Source: Mobula birostris (taxonomy: Eukaryota). From it: a DNA stretch of 64,000 nt. The stretch is taken from assembly GCF_030028105.1 (NCBI RefSeq), contig NC_092383.1, positions 87,811,921 through 87,875,920 of the forward strand, read 5' to 3'. Below are positions 35,493 through 50,720 of this stretch, piece after piece. Position 1 is the stretch's first letter, and the number at the start of each line of letters is the position of its first letter. The notes under the pieces were generated by a model. That model was given only the letters and a program-made list of their open reading frames with translations, searched no databases and had not been told where the DNA came from. Made by a program: the position numbers and the translations under genes.

Positions 35493-38400
35493 GAGCTTGA
35501 GGTTTGGAATCTACTCCAAGCTTCTGGGACACTATTCCCTGGTCTTCCTCCAGCACAGCCTGGGTCTCAGTATCGGACTGAATCCTTTTGTTTCCTACTT
35601 CTAACCAGAGGGAGTAACAATCCTGTCATATGAAGGCATGGATTTTCCACTGGGGTTAGGGGTTGAAACAGCAGCTTTCATGAGCAGCCATACAGTTTAA
35701 TTCAATGGGGACGTGTGACATACTGACAGAAGGCAGTGTATGAGACGAGGCAAGCACAACTCCACATCATGCTCACTCCGCACTGCTGCACCACAGGGGT
35801 GTGTTCCATCCCCTCTGCTACTTTCTCCATGCACCAACGGCTGCGTCTTCCGTGATCCATCAATTACACTGATAAAGCTTGCTCAATCACTGACTAATCA
35901 CCAGAGTCGATACAATCGCAACAACTTGGAGCTGAATGCCCTCAAAACCAGGGAGTGATGGGTCTCCTCTCCACACTCCTATCATCAACAACTCTACAGT
36001 GGGCACTGCTTCATCATTCAAGTACCTGCTCATCAGTATTTCACTTAAGATGAAAACATCCTTGGCTGCAGCCCACCATTACTGCAGGACTTGTACATGT
36101 CTAGGACAAAGAAATGGGCAGGGAAATTAACTGCATTCTCTGCCCACCCGGCAAACTACTTTTTCCTAAAGCTCCCTTCTGAGAAGCGCGATAGGCCTAT
36201 TAAAACAAACACTTTACATCATTTTAAAAGTTTCTTCCCCCAGGTAACTATCCTGGATTGCACCCCCACTCATCCCTGTCTCTGTACTAACTGTAAGCAC
36301 TACAAAACATTTTTTTAATGTTGTTTACATTGCAAGTATATACTGATATTTATTTATGCATGTTTTATTCCGTATCTGTATTTTAAGTACCAATTTATTT
36401 TTATATAATGTATTATTATTACAATTCTGAATGGCGATGTTTTCTTTTCTATCTCGCCAACACACCACTGCAAATTCCGAATACATGTAAATCGATATGG
36501 AGAATAAAGCTGATCTTTGATTAACGCACAGAACCAGACTGAATGACAAGCTGGCATCCAGGGAAGCAGGCATGGGCTTTAGTACGACTAAGGAGGGGGT
36601 GGTCATGATGTTCACCCCAGTAGGGAAGAGTTAGGGTACGGATGATCTGAAGCAAATCCTCAATCGACAGAGGTTCTGATAGCACTGGTTGGAAGGTGGA
36701 AGGTCTTCCAGTGGGTGGTGCAATTCCATGGAAGGTTTTGTTTCGGTGCCATGAGGAATATTACCTAGCTCTTGGTGATAAGTCAAATTTATGGTCACAT
36801 GCACAAGTACTTTGATGTACAGTCACAAGGTAAAATCTGTTTGCAACAGCAACACGGCCATGTAGCTTTAGACAAACACAGAACAAAGAAACTGTGTAAA
36901 ACAAGACATTAGAGCAAAACAAAAGCACAATTAGAGTCCAGTCCATGGTAGTGCAAGGGATGGTCCACTGTGTTCTGTTGCTGAGGTAGAGATAAGCCCA
37001 TGCAGGCTGGTTCAAGACCCTGATAGTCACAGGAAAGTTGCCGCTCTGGAACCTGATGGGGTGGGATATCAGGTTTCAAAATCATTCTTCATAGTAGCAG
37101 TGAAAAGAGGGCATGACTGAATGTTGTCATGGCGAGTTCCCATAACCATTGGCCTCACTGTCAAGGACTCTTCATCTCATGTTCTTGACACTTATTGCTT
37201 ATTTATTTATAGACATAGAAACATAGAAAACCCTCAATACAATACAGGCACTTCGGCCCACAAAGCTGTGCCAAACATGTCCTTACCTTACAAATTACCT
37301 AGGGTTACCCATAGCCCTCTATTTTTCTAAGCTCCATGTACCTATCCAGGAGACTCTTAAAAGAGACTTAAATTTATTATTGTTATTTCTTTCTCTTTCT
37401 ACTTGCACAGTTTGTTGTCCTTCTGCACACTGGTTAAACACCCAGTTGTTGTGGTCTTTGTCCACTGCTCGATTCGCTTTACACTTATGCCTGTGTGCCT
37501 AAGCATGGCTCCAATGCCATATTCAAGTTTCCTGATGACACTCCTGTCGTTGGCTGAATCAAAGGTGGTGATGAATCAGCATATAGAGGGAGATTGAATA
37601 TCTGGCTGAGTGGTGGCATAACAACAACCTCGTAGCATGTCCGCAAGTTCAAGGAGCTGATCATTGACTTCAGGAGGAGGAAACCAGAGGTCCATGGGCC
37701 AGTCCCCACCATTGCAAATTGTGAACAGTGGTGGTGAGGGCTTTACCCATGATCGACTGGGCACATCTACATGAAACGTTGTCACAGGAATGTAGCATCT
37801 GTTATCAGGGATCTTTACCATCCAGGACATGCTCTCTTCTCACTGCTGCTATCAGGAAGAAGGTACAGGAGCAACAGGATCCAATACCACCACCAGGTTC
37901 AGGGACTCTTATTACCCCTCAATCATCGGGCTCCTGAACCAGGGGAATAACTTCACTTTCCCCATCATTGAAACGCTCCCACAACCTATCGACTCACTTT
38001 CAAGGACACTTCATCGCATCTTTTTGATAATTATAGCTTAGTATTTCTTTCTTTTTGCATTTGCACATTTTGTTAACTTTTGCACACAGGTTGAACACCC
38101 AAGAGGTCTCTCATTGATTCTGTCATGGTTATTATTCTATTATAGATTTATTGAATAAACCCACTGAATGGACGTTGATAACAAATTTACGTTGCATTTG
38201 AACTTTTTCCGCTCTCTCCCTGCACCCTAGGCTATTAGCCATATGGGCAGGAGTTTCAGTGCATGTACAGTAATCACCAGGGTCCACCAGCCCCCCATTC
38301 TGTATATTCAGAGGTTCTCCCGATGGAGATCAGCTGGCTGTGTGAGTAAGTGTGTCAGAGCCAAAGCTATCTCATGCCACCTCCTTGAGCTCTTGATTTC

Positions 38401-41400
38401 CTTCTTAATCATACACCTGCATCTCCTTTACTGACAGATCCCAGTTGTTCCATGTATCCTTCTTTCCTCCTGACCATTGCTCTCATGATTAAGAATTCTT
38501 TATTCCTGCCAGCCATGACAATACTCCAATGGGAATATGGATTACCTCACTTTTACAAAATTCCCACTTGTCTGTCGCCCCCATTGCCTGCAAACAAACT
38601 ACTCCAATCAACTTCAGCAAGTTTCTATCTAATATCATCAAAATTTGCAATGCTCCAATTTGTCCAGCCCATTTCCCAAGAATAGACTGGGCTTCTCGTT
38701 CTCTGTAGCAGAACCTTCTACATATTGCTTGAGGGAACATTTCAGAAAACAATTAATAAATACAACCCCATCAATTTCCTTAGCACTGAAGCAGATTCAA
38801 TCTTTATTTAGAAAGTTAAATCATTCATGCAACTTTCTGTAACCACCTTGAAGAATTTGTTCCTCCAATTTAGGTTTATTATTAGACGGCCTCTAGTGTA
38901 ATCGAAATAAAGTATTCACCCAGTTCTTCCTCTGAGTTTCACCCAAAAAGCCACACTGGATGATCCCCCAATAAATTCATTGAGATCTGAGCATCATTGA
39001 CAAGGGCGGAATTTATTCTCTACCTCTGGTTGCCCCTAAGAATGTGATGACTCTTTCACTGAACCACAGCAGGGATCATTTTCCCAGAAGTCACAACCTG
39101 CTCTCAACAAGGATCAGAATCAGAATCAGGTTTAATATCACCAACATATTTTCTGAAATTTGTTAACTTTGCACTAGCTGCACAACGCCATACATGATAA
39201 TATAGGAAAAAACTGAATTACAGTTGTTTGTATCACCATCTGGTATGGGACTGCACAGGATCGAATTAAACTGCGGAGAGCTGAAAAAATGTATAATGGA
39301 TAAAAATTGTTTTATTGCATAAATACTGCAAAAATAGAAAAAGAAGACGTTATGTAGTGTTCATGAGCTCAATGTCCATTCAGAAATTGGAGAGCAGATG
39401 GGCAGAAGTTGTTTCTGATACTAGATGATGATGCAGCCAGTCAGATTGCTTTTCATGGTACATCTATAGAAATGTCTGAGGACTATAGGTAACATACCAA
39501 ACCTCCTCAAACTGCGAATGAAATATAGCCTTTTTCATAGCTGCGTCAATATAACGGAACCAGGTTAGGTGCTCATACATATGAACACCCAGGAATTTGA
39601 AGTTGCTCACTCTCTCCGCTTCTGATCCTTCCCTGAGGATTAACATGTGTTCCCTCATCTTACCTTTTTGAATTTAAATAATAAGCTCTTTGGGCTTGCA
39701 TGCACTGGGAGCAAGGTTGCTCCTGTGACACCACTCATCTGACATTCTGCCAACAATGGCTGTGCCATCAGCAAATTTCTGGATGACATTTGAGATATTA
39801 CAGACATTTACAACACACGCTGCATCTGCAAAGCAAATAGCATTACGAAGGACCCCACACACCCCTCATATAAACTCTTCTCCCTCCTGCCATCTGGCAA
39901 AAGGCACGGAAGCATTCAGGCTCTCACGACCAGACTACGTAACAGTTTCTTCCCCCAAGCCATCAATACCCAGAGCCTGGCTTGACACCAACCTACTATA
40001 CGCTCTACTGTGCCTACTGTCTTGTTTATTATTTATTGTAATGCCTGCTTTGTTTTGTGCACTTTATGCAGTCCTGGATAGGTCTGTAGTCTAGTGTAGT
40101 TTTTGTGTTTTTTTCTTACGTAGTTCAGTGTAGTTTTTGTGTTGTTTCATGTAGCACCATGGTCCTGGAAAATGTTGTCTCATTTTTACTGTGTTCTGTA
40201 CCAGCAGTTATGGTTGAAATGACAATAAAAAATGACTTGACTTGACTTGACTTGAGCTGTGCCTAATCATGGTTGTCTCGGGAGTACTTTATACTTTATA
40301 CTTTATGATTATGAAGATACGTAGTCCTCTTTTATTGTCATTTAGTAATGCATGCATTAAGAGATGATACATTATTTCCCCCGGTGTGATGTCACAAAAC
40401 ACAGGACTGAAAAAAACTGACAAAACCACATAATTATAACATATAGTTACAAAGAGTGTAACAATACCATAACTTGATGAGGAAGTCCGTGAGCACAGTA
40501 AAAAAGTTCAAAGTTTCTCGAAAGTCCCATATCTCACGCAGACGGTAGAAGGAAGAAAAATTCTTCTTGCCATGCCGACCCAAAGCCGACTCTGAGTCAT
40601 CCGAAAGCTTTGAGCCCTGATCAGCTCTGTGACACCGAGTACTGAGCGCCATCTCTGTCCAAACGATTCGACCTCCTTCTCGGTCGCCAAAAGCAGCAAG
40701 GCCGGGGATTTTGAGGCCAACCCTCCGAAAGTTTCACGACCACACAGTAACGACAGCAGCGAACGGGCGTTTCAGAAATTTCTCCAGGTGTTCCTCTGTG
40801 CTTTAATTTCCATTCTCCATCAAATCAGAATTGTCCACGGCCCCTATTTAACAGATACAACATCATTTTCCCCGGAGAGCTGCGCACGCACAGCGCGCTG
40901 CCATCTTCTCCTCCCGCCTGCTTTATACTTTATTGTCACCAAACAATTGATTTCCTACATCAACTCAGGAAGTACAACCTGCCTCAGGAGCTGCTGATTC
41001 AAATCTATTCAGCAACAATCTAATCTGTTCTCTGTTCGTCCATCACTGTCTGGTTTGGATCAACTACCAAACAAGACAAGAATAGACTCCAAAGAACCGT
41101 CAGGGCTGCGGAAAGGATTATTGGTGTGAAGCTGCCCTCGATCCAGGACTTACCTGCATCTGGAGTCAAGAAGTGAGCAAGCAGCATCATTGTAGACCCA
41201 TCACACCCTGGACATCACCTGTTCCAACTCCTTCCTTCTGGTAGGCGCTTTAGATCACTGTATGTCAGGACAAATAGGTACAAGAACAGTTTCTTTCCGT
41301 ATGCCATCAGTCTTATGAACACTTGAATTTTAGTCCACCTGTACATACACAGGTATACCTCATTTGTATATAGTTCACGATTACTTGCACTATTGTTTTG

Positions 41401-44400
41401 TTTGCTTTTTGATTCTGTACTGCAAGAGCTCAGGGAAACCAGCATCAAGTTCTCTGTATGTGTCCACAGACATGGCGATAATAAAGGATTCTGATTCTGA
41501 TTCTGATTTTTATTCTAGGGAGTACAATCATCACAGCAATATTTGATTCTGTGCTTCCTGCTCCCTGGAGTACAAATCGATAGTAAATATTAAAAATTTT
41601 AATTATAAATCATAAATAGAAAATAGAAAAGGGAAAGTAAGTTAGTGCAAAAAAACCAAGAGGCAGGCCCAAATCTTTGGAGGGCACGGCCCAGATCCAG
41701 GTCAGGATCCGTTCAGCAGTCTTATCACAGTTGGAAAGAAGCTGTTCCCAAATCTGGCCGCACGAGTCTTCAAGCTCCTGAGCCTTCTCCCGGAGGGAAG
41801 AGGGACGAAAAGTGTGTTGGCTGGGTGGGTCGTGTCCTTGATTATCCTGGCAGCACTGATCCGACAGCGTGCGGTGTAAAGTGAGTCCAAGGACGGAAGA
41901 TTGGTTTGTGTGATGTGCTGGGCTGTGTTCACGATCTTCTGTAGCTTCTTCCAGTCTTGGACAGGACAACTTCCATACCAGATGTGATGCACCCTAGAAG
42001 AATGCTTTCTACGGTGCATCTATAAAAATTAGTGAGGGATTTAGGGGACAGGCCAAATTTCTTTAGCTTTCTCAGGAAGTAAAGGCACTGGTGGGCCTTC
42101 TTGGCAGTGGACTCTGCTTGGTTGGACCAAGTCAGGTTTATTTGTGATATTGACCCCGAGGAACTTAAAGCTGTTGACCTGTTCCACTTGCACACCACCG
42201 ATGTAAATGGGGTCGTGCTGTCCGCTACTCCTTCTGAAGTCAACAACCAATTCCTTCATCTTGCTGATGTTGAGGGATAGGTTATTGTCTTCACACCATG
42301 CTACCAGGTTCTTAATTTCCTTTCTGTACTCAAACTCATCATTACCCGAGATACGGCCTACAATTGTGGTGTCATCAGCAAACTTATATATTGAGTTCGA
42401 TGGAAGCTTGGCTACACAATCATGGGTGTACAGTGAGTACAGCAGGGGGCAGAGTACACAGCCTTGTGGGGCACCCCAAGAAGAGAAGTTGGCTAAACCC
42501 ACATCGCTCAGGAGAGCCAGTGTTGATTGTCAGCAAGTTGGAGATGCTACTTCCAATCTGCACAGATTGAACCAACAGACCAACAGAAGAAACAGCAGAT
42601 GCACAAGTTGGAAATGCCTAACTGAGCGATTCCACTTTCACTGTAACTTCAAGAACAATCTCAGTGAAATAAGGATTAACATCAGGGATAAACTATTAAA
42701 ATGGAACATGATCTCTGCAAAATCATGGAATTTTCTGAACAACTGAAATGATGAGTTTATATTGCTTACTGCACTTTGTTCTGGTGACGTGTGAGTGACC
42801 TTTCATTATTAATCTCTTCACAGGCTCAACTGCATTAACTGAACCTAAGAAGGTCAGAGGAGTAGTGGGAGAATCAGTCACTGTGGAATGTCGGTATGAT
42901 CAGAAATACAAGGACTACGTGAAGAAATGGTGTAGAGGTGATTCTAACATTGGTTGTTCCGCCGTGGTTTCGACTGACCAGCCACGAAGTGAACGAATAA
43001 CAATGACTGATTACAAAACACGAGGGATACTTTCAGTAACCATGGACAATCTAAAGATGACTGATGAAGGGCTATACCAGTGTATAATACAAAGGGCAAT
43101 GTTGATACCGAACGAAAGGTTTACCATTTCACTGGAGATTTCTGAAGGTACGTTAATATTTTTCTTCACTCTCCCAGCCTGAGAATTTCCTCTCTCACCT
43201 CTGGATGAAGTAAAAATATTCTTTATATGCCCTCTAAATCTTTTATTCCTTACCTTAAACTTCAGTCCCAGGTTACATACGCCGTGAGCCAAAGTTTACC
43301 ACAAACAATTCCATCTATTCCCCATATAGTTTGGCAGATATCAGTCAGTCCCCCTTCAGTCTTCACCTCCCCAAAAAATACAATCTAGTCTCTCTAGTCT
43401 TTCCACATAATTTAATCGTTGCCTATCAGGCAACATCCCGGTGAATCTCCTTTGCAGCCTCTCCGCCCTGCTCCCTTATCCTTCCTACAAACTGCTCATT
43501 ACAACTGCACTAAAAGAATGCTTCGGATTTCTGACAATCTGAACAAAATACAAATGATAAGAAGTGGGAATCCTTTGCTGAACAGTTAACAGATTACATT
43601 ATCTCTGTCTCAATTATTAAAGAGATGAAATCTTGAACATTATTTTCACATCCCTATGGGAAATTACCAGAGCATTTTATATCCACCCTTCACCTTTACC
43701 CTTCCTTTCTCCCCCTCTCCACACTGATCACTCTCCCCTTCCTCAGTGTTCTTCCTTCTCTCTCCATCCCCACAAACCCTATTCCCACTCTCCCATCTCA
43801 GATGCTCCAGTTTCCCAGCAGTGGGAGTTCGAGGCCAGGCCTTTTCCCTGTAGTCCCAGCAGTGGACAGACTGGGATCAGGAACCTTCTGCTTTCACTCT
43901 GTCACCTTGGTTCAGCACAGAAATTTTGACCCAGTGGGATCTGCGCTTGTGACCAACAGCAAGAGCCCAGCTTCGGTGTGGGAGATGTCCCAGTATGGAT
44001 GGAGGGGGAAATGCAGTCCCAGCTGCTGAGGGGATTTTCAGGGAACTGGGACACTCTCAGGAACATTCTTTGACCAGGAACACAATAGCTCATCTGGAGA
44101 GTGTCCACAGAAATCACTACTTTCCTCAAAACTGATGATAGCAAAAAGGTTGATCATGGACTTTCACCAGAAATAAATTCCCCAAAATAAAAGGAACTTT
44201 TTCAGATCACTATTTAGAAAGATTCCAGAAATTACACTCAGTGCCCATTTTATTATGCATTGCCTTTACCTAATAAAGAGGCTACTGATGTATGTTCATA
44301 ATCAATAAAATGTGAGAACACAGCTTTCAGGAAGGTGATGACTGCTTTGCTGGATGTCGATTGCAGTGTTGCATTATCTGCGTAATTGGAAAAGTAGTTT

Positions 44401-46412
44401 GTTACAACAATGTGATTCTTCCCATTACAATCAAACAAACCCACTCCAATATAGAAGTACCAGCTGTCTGGTACAGGTGTTGGTGTAAGCAGTTCTGCTT
44501 GCTAATTTCTTGTCTGTAGGTAAGGCCTATTTCACATGAAGCGATGGTCTGGTTGATGTCTCAGTTTATTCTTGACCAGTATATCACTTCACAAGCTCTA
44601 CGTTTACATCTTCCTCACCAAGATGCCCTTTGTACATCCTCTGGAGCATTTCCTTGCATAGCAACACTGGAATCACAAAACTGCTCCATCTGAAGACCAC
44701 ACCTTTCACTACTAACAGTTCAGCTCTGGATGCCTGAGAATCCTGAATACTCATTGGACAGTCATTCTTCGCTGCTGTCAATGCTTTCCATATCGTATCT
44801 TTGAGTTCTTTCATTGTTTCATCTGACCCTGTTGCTTTCCTAATCTGCTCTGTTCTTCTTGGAGATATTGGAAGGGAGGTGATAATCATGTCAACAAAGA
44901 CCTGTATATCTGAATTAACTTCTTGATCAATCTGTTCTTTCTCATAAATTGCACAAGACAACGCATCAGCAGCAAACTTTTATTTTCCCACAGTGTAGAT
45001 CATCTTCACATCATATTTCTGCAGCCTTCTCAACATGTGCTGTATCCTCATGGGACAGTCATTCAGTGGTTTGGACAGAAAAGAGACCAATGGTTTATGG
45101 TCTGTCTCCACTTCAAAACCTTGTCCATAGGTGTACTGATGGGACTTTTTGCATGCATATTTGCTGGTGAGAAATGCTTTCTCTATTTGTACGTAGTTGT
45201 CTTCCACGCTTGCTAAAACCCTTGACACACAGGTCACAGGTTGACATATGTCATTATGCTGCTGCAGTAGTACTGTTTCAAAGCCATTTTGGGACACATC
45301 AGCTGAGGTCCTAGTTCACCTTTCCAGATCATAAAACTTCAGCCTGTCTCTTCAGTTATGACTCTTTTCAGCATTTGAAAACAATCTTCTTGCTTATGAG
45401 ATAATTTTGATGCTCAAGCAGTGACATAAGTGGTTTGACACATCTGAGAGTCAAGGGTGAATGTAGCCAGATAAATCACCATCCCCAAGAAATGTCTCAT
45501 CTCCCCTTTGTTTATGGGCCTCTCCGTATTTAGAGCGTCCGACGTCTCTTTTTTGTTATCCATCACAGCCGCTGCAGGTATGACACTGGGGTGAGCTCCT
45601 CGCATTGCCCACTGGGAACTGAAGTTTTTTATTATCTAACATAATAACACACAGAGTATCTAATAAAGTGGCCACTGAGTATATTTCCCAGAAAAAACCT
45701 GCTCACATGAGCAAGTTCCTGGGTAGGCTCCATAACACATTGCTCTGAAATTAATTCCTAATGTACTCTACGATTTTTTTCTCTTTGATACCCTCGCCAA
45801 TTTGGTGCTTGCAATCAATATGAAGGAGCTGGTCATTGATATTAGAAAGTAGGATGCAGTACATGATTTTATCTGTATCATTAATGCAGAGTTGGAGATG
45901 GGTGAGAACTTCAGACACAGCTGTAGATATCACTAAGAATTTGTCCTGGCCCTGCCATATAGATGCTACAATAAGAAAGCACATTGACCCTCTACTTCAT
46001 CAGAAGCTTAAGGGAATTTGGCATCTCCAATGACCCTCACCAATTTTTGTAGATGCACCACAGAAAGCAACCTATCTGGATGAATCACTATTTTTACAGC
46101 AACTGCTCTGCCGAAGACCACAAGAGCTAAACCAGTCTCCTTTCTTTGGTCTCTCTCTGTACTTCTGTCTCTTGTCAATGGCTCAGGAAAGCATCCATCA
46201 AAAATTAAGGACATCTTTTACCCTGGTAGTTTGCTCTTCTCCCTCCTCCTGTCTATCAGAAAGTGCAAATGCTTGAGAGCGTGTATCACCAGACTCGAGG
46301 GCACCTTCTGCACCACTGTGAACAGATCCTGAGCAGACCTTTCAGACACTCAAAGTTGAACCCTAGATCTTCCATTCTAATTCATTGTGGCCCTTGCACT
46401 TTCTATGTAACT
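35493..46412 (+). repeat. First arm of the duplication within gene 2
   Basis: gagcttgaggtttggaa at 35493 recurs at 46413, directly after the sequence equivalent to 13190. Confidence 0.85.
42824..43147 (+). CDS. Gene 2, V-type Ig domain exon of a CD300/CMRF35/pIgR-like receptor
   Basis: Acceptor tctcttcacag, donor GTACGT at 43148; 324 nt open; (G)STALTEPKKVRGVVGESVTVECRYDQKYKDYVKKWCRGDSNIGCSAVVSTDQPRSERITMTDYKTRGILSVTMDNLKMTDEGLYQCIIQRAMLIPNERFTISLEISE; four Cys conserved. Confidence 0.9.
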
Positions 46413-46459
46413 GAGCTTGAGGTTTGGAACCTGCTCCAAGCTTCTGTGACACTGTTTTG

Positions 46460-47146
46460 TTTAGATTATGAGAACAGTCATTTCTCTTTTATTGTAATTT
46501 AGAAATGCATATATGCATTAAGAAATGATACGATGTTTCTCCGACGTGATATCACAGAAAACAAGACAGGCCAAAGACTAACACAAACAAAACCACATAA
46601 TTATACCATATAGTTACAGCAGTGCAAAGCAACACCATAATTTGATGAAGAACAGTCCATAGGCATAGTAAAAAAAATAGTCTCAAACTCCCCGAGTCGA
46701 TCGACTCCCGAGTCCCCGATAACGGCGGCAAAAGGGAGAAACTCCCCGCCATAAACCTCCAGGCACCATCAACTTGCCGATGCCTTGGAAGCAGCCGACC
46801 ACAGCCAACCCTGAGTCCATCCGTTCGAAAACTCCGAGCTTCCGAGCAGCCTTTCCAATACAGCCTCCCCAGCGCCATCCTCTGCCGAGCACCTTCGACC
46901 TCTCCCGGGCCATTGAAACACGCAAAGCTGAGGATTTCGAGGCCTTCAGCTCCAGAGATTCCTGTTACCACACAGTAGCAGCGGTAGCAAAGCAGACATT
47001 TCAGAAGTTTTCCAGATGTTCCGCTGTGCACTCACGTCTGTCTCCATCAAATCAGAATTGTGCACGGTCCCCTACTTGGCAGGTAACAGATATCCATCAC
47101 CGGAGAGGCCACACACACTGTTGTCGCGCCGCCATCTTCTCCTGAA
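46460..47146 (-). mobile_element. Non-autonomous retroelement related to 3649-4276
   Basis: Same minus-strand 5' motif (agaagatggcggcgcgac) and similar 3' region; interrupts sequence that is contiguous at ~35535. Confidence 0.65.
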
Positions 47147-47802
47147 GATTTTTCCAGGTTTTCCTCCCGCACAGCCTGGGTCTCAGTATCGGACTGAATC
47201 CTTTTGTTTCCTACTTCTAACCAGAGGGAGTAACAATCCTGTCATATGAAGGCATGGATTTTCCACTGGGGTTAGGGGTTGAAACAGCAGCTTTCATGAG
47301 CAGCCATACAGTTTAATTCAATGGGGACGTGTGACATACTGACAGAAGGCAGTGTATGAGACAAGGCAAGCACAACTCCACATCATGCTCACTCCGCACT
47401 GCTGCACCACAGGGTGTGTTCCATCCCCTCTGCTACTTTCTCCATGCACCAACGGCTGCATCTTCCGTGATCCATCAGTTACACTGATAAAGCTTGCTCA
47501 ATCACTGACTAATCACCAGAGTCGATACAATTGCAACAACTTGGAGCTAAATGCCCTCAAAACCATGGAGGTGTATATCGACTTCAGGAGTAAGGGTCTC
47601 CTCTCCACACTCTTATCATCATTCAGTGATGTATCATCACTGTTACATCATTCAAGTACTTGGTCCTCAGTATTTCACAAGAGCTCATGTGGAAGACCCA
47701 TATGTCCTTCATTAACAAGAAGGCTCGGCAGAGGATAGAACATAGAACATAGAATAGAACAGCACAGTACAGGCCCTTCGGCCTACAATGTTGTGCTGAC
47801 CC

Positions 47803-50720
47803 TCAAACCCTGCCTCCCATAAAAGCCCCCACCTTAAATTCCTCCATATACCTGTCTAGTAGTCTCTTAAACTTCGCTAGTGTATCTGCCTCCACCACTG
47901 ACTCAGGCAGTGCATTCCACGCACCAACCACTCTCTGAGTAAAAAATCTTCCTCTAATATCCCCCTTGAACTTCTCACCCCTTACCTTAAAGCCATGTGC
48001 TCTTATATTGAGCAGTGGCGCCCTGGGGAAGAGGCGCTGGCTATCCACTCTATCTATTCCTCTTATTATCTTGTACACCTCTATCATGTCTCCTCTCATC
48101 CTCCTTCTCTCCAAAGAGTAAAGCCCTAGCTCCCTTAATCTCTGATCATAATGCATACTTTCTAAACCAGGCAGCATCCTGGTAAATCTCCTCTGTACCC
48201 TTTCCAATGCTTCCACATCCTTCCTATAGTGAGGTGACCAGAACTGGACACAGTACTCCAAGTGTGGCCTAACCAGAGTTTTATAAAGCGGCATCATTAC
48301 ATCGCGACTCTTAAACTCTATCCCTTGACTTATGAAAGCTAACACCCCATAAGCTTTCTTAACTACCCTATCCACCTGTGAGGCAACTTTCAGGGATCTG
48401 TGGACATGTACCCCGAGATCCCTCTGCTCCTCCACACTACCAAGTATCCTGCCATTTACTTTGTACTCTGCCTTGGAGTTTGTCCTGCCAAAGTGTACCA
48501 CCTCACACTTCTCCGGGTTGAACTCCATCTGCCACTTCTCAGCCCACTTCTGCATCCTATCAATGTCTCTCTGCAATCTTTGACAATCCTCTACACTATC
48601 TACAACACCACCAACCTTTGTGTCATCTGCAAACTTGCCAACCCACCCTTCTACCCCCACATCCAGGTCGTTAATAAAAATCACGAAAAGTAGAGGTCCC
48701 AGAACAGATCCTTGTGGGACACCACTAGTCACAATCCTCCAATCTGAATGTACTCCCTCCACCACCACTCTCTGTCTTCTGCAAGCAAGCCAATTCTGAA
48801 TCCACCTGGCCAAACTTCCCTGGATCCCATGCCTTCTAACTTTCTGAATATGCCTACCGTGTGGAACTTGACGAATGCCTTACTAAAATCCATATAGATC
48901 ACGTCCACTGCACTACCCTCATCTATATGCCTGGTCACCTCCTCAAAGAACTCTATCAGGCTTGTTAGACACGATCTGCCCTTCACAAAGCCATGCTGAC
49001 TGTCCCTGATCAGACCATGATTCTGTAAATGCCTATAGATCCTATCTCTAAGAATCTTTTCCAACAGCTTTCCCACCACAGACGTAAGGCTCTCTGGTCT
49101 ATAATTACCCAGACTATCCCTACTACCTTTTCTGAACAAGGGGACAACATTCGCCTCCCTCCAATCCTCCGGTACCATTTCCGTGGACAACGAGGACATA
49201 AAGATCCTAGCCAGAGGCTCAGCAATCTCTTCTCTCACCTCATGGAGCAGCCTGGGGAATATTCTGTCAGGCCCCGGGGACTTATCTGTCCTAATGTATT
49301 TTAACAACTCCAACACCTCCTCTCCCTTAATATCAACATACTCCAGAACATCAACCTCACTCATATTGTCCTCACCATCATCAAGTTCCCTCTCATTGGT
49401 GAATACTGAAGAGAAGTATTCATTGAGGACCTCGCTCACTTCCACAGCCTCCAGGCACATCTTCCCACCTTTATCTCTAATCGGTCCTACCTTCACTCCA
49501 GTCATCCTTTTTTTCTTCACATAATTGAAGAATGCCTTGGGGTTTTCCTTTACCCCACTCGCCAAGGCCTTCTCATGCCCCCTTCTTGCTCTTCCAAGCC
49601 CCTTCTTAAGCTCCTTTCTTGCTTCCCTATATTCCTCAATAGACCCAGCTGATCCTTGCTTCCTAAACCTCATGTATGCTGCCTTCTTCCACCTGACTAG
49701 ATTTTCCACCTCACTTGTCACCCATGGTTCCTTCACCCTACCATTCTTTATCTTCCTCACCGGGACAAATTTATCCCTAACATCCTGCAAGAGATCTCTA
49801 AACATCGACCACATGTCCATAGCACATTTCCCTGCAAAAACATCATCCCAATTCACACCCGCAAATTCTAGCCTTATAGCCTCATAATTTACCTTTCCCC
49901 AATTAAAAATTTTCCTGTCCTCTCTGATTCTATCCTTTTCCATGATAATGCTAAAGGCCAGGGAGCGGTGGTCACTGTCCCCCAGATGCTCACCCACTGA
50001 GACATCTGTGACCTGACCCGGTTCATTACCTAGTACTAGATCTAGGATGGCATTCCCCCGGTCGGTCTATCCACATACTGTGACAGGAATCCATCCTGGA
50101 CATACTTACCAAACTCTGCCCCATCTAATTCCTTGGAACTACTCAGGTGCTAATCAATATTAGGGAAGTTAAAGTCACCCATGATAACAACCCTGTTATT
50201 TTTGCACCTTTCCAAAATCTGCCTCCCAATCTGCTCCTCTGTATCTCTGCTGCTACCATGGGACCTATAGAATACCCCCAACAGAGTAACTGTTCCCTTC
50301 CTGTTCCTGATTTCCACCCATATTGACTCAAAAGAGGATCCTGCTACATTACCCACCCTTCCTGTAGCTGTAATAGTATCCCTGACCAGTAATGCCACCC
50401 CTCCTCCCCTTTTTCCGCCCTCTCTATCCCTTTTAAAGCACTGAAATCCAGGAATATTGAGAATCCATTCCTGCCCTGGTGCCAGCCAAGTCTCTGTAAT
50501 GGCCACTACATCATAATTCCATGTATGTATCCAAGTTCATCGGCTTTGTTCCTGATGCTTCTTGCATTGAGGTACGCACATTTCAGCCCTTCTACCTTAC
50601 TGTCTTTACACTGTTTATTCTGCTTCTCTTTCCTCAAAGCCTCTCTGTATGTTAGATCTGGCTTTACTCCATGCACTTCTTTCACTGTTCTATCACTCTG
50701 GGTCCCATCCCCCTCGCAAA
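47803..50720 (-). pseudogene. CR1 ORF2 (APE endonuclease + reverse transcriptase), disrupted
   Basis: Segments 50150-50506 (ITETWL, GDFNFP), 48729-49997 (SDHRSL, QHGF) and 47803-48813 (PQGSVLGP, FADD) are split by frameshifts or stops. Confidence 0.92.
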
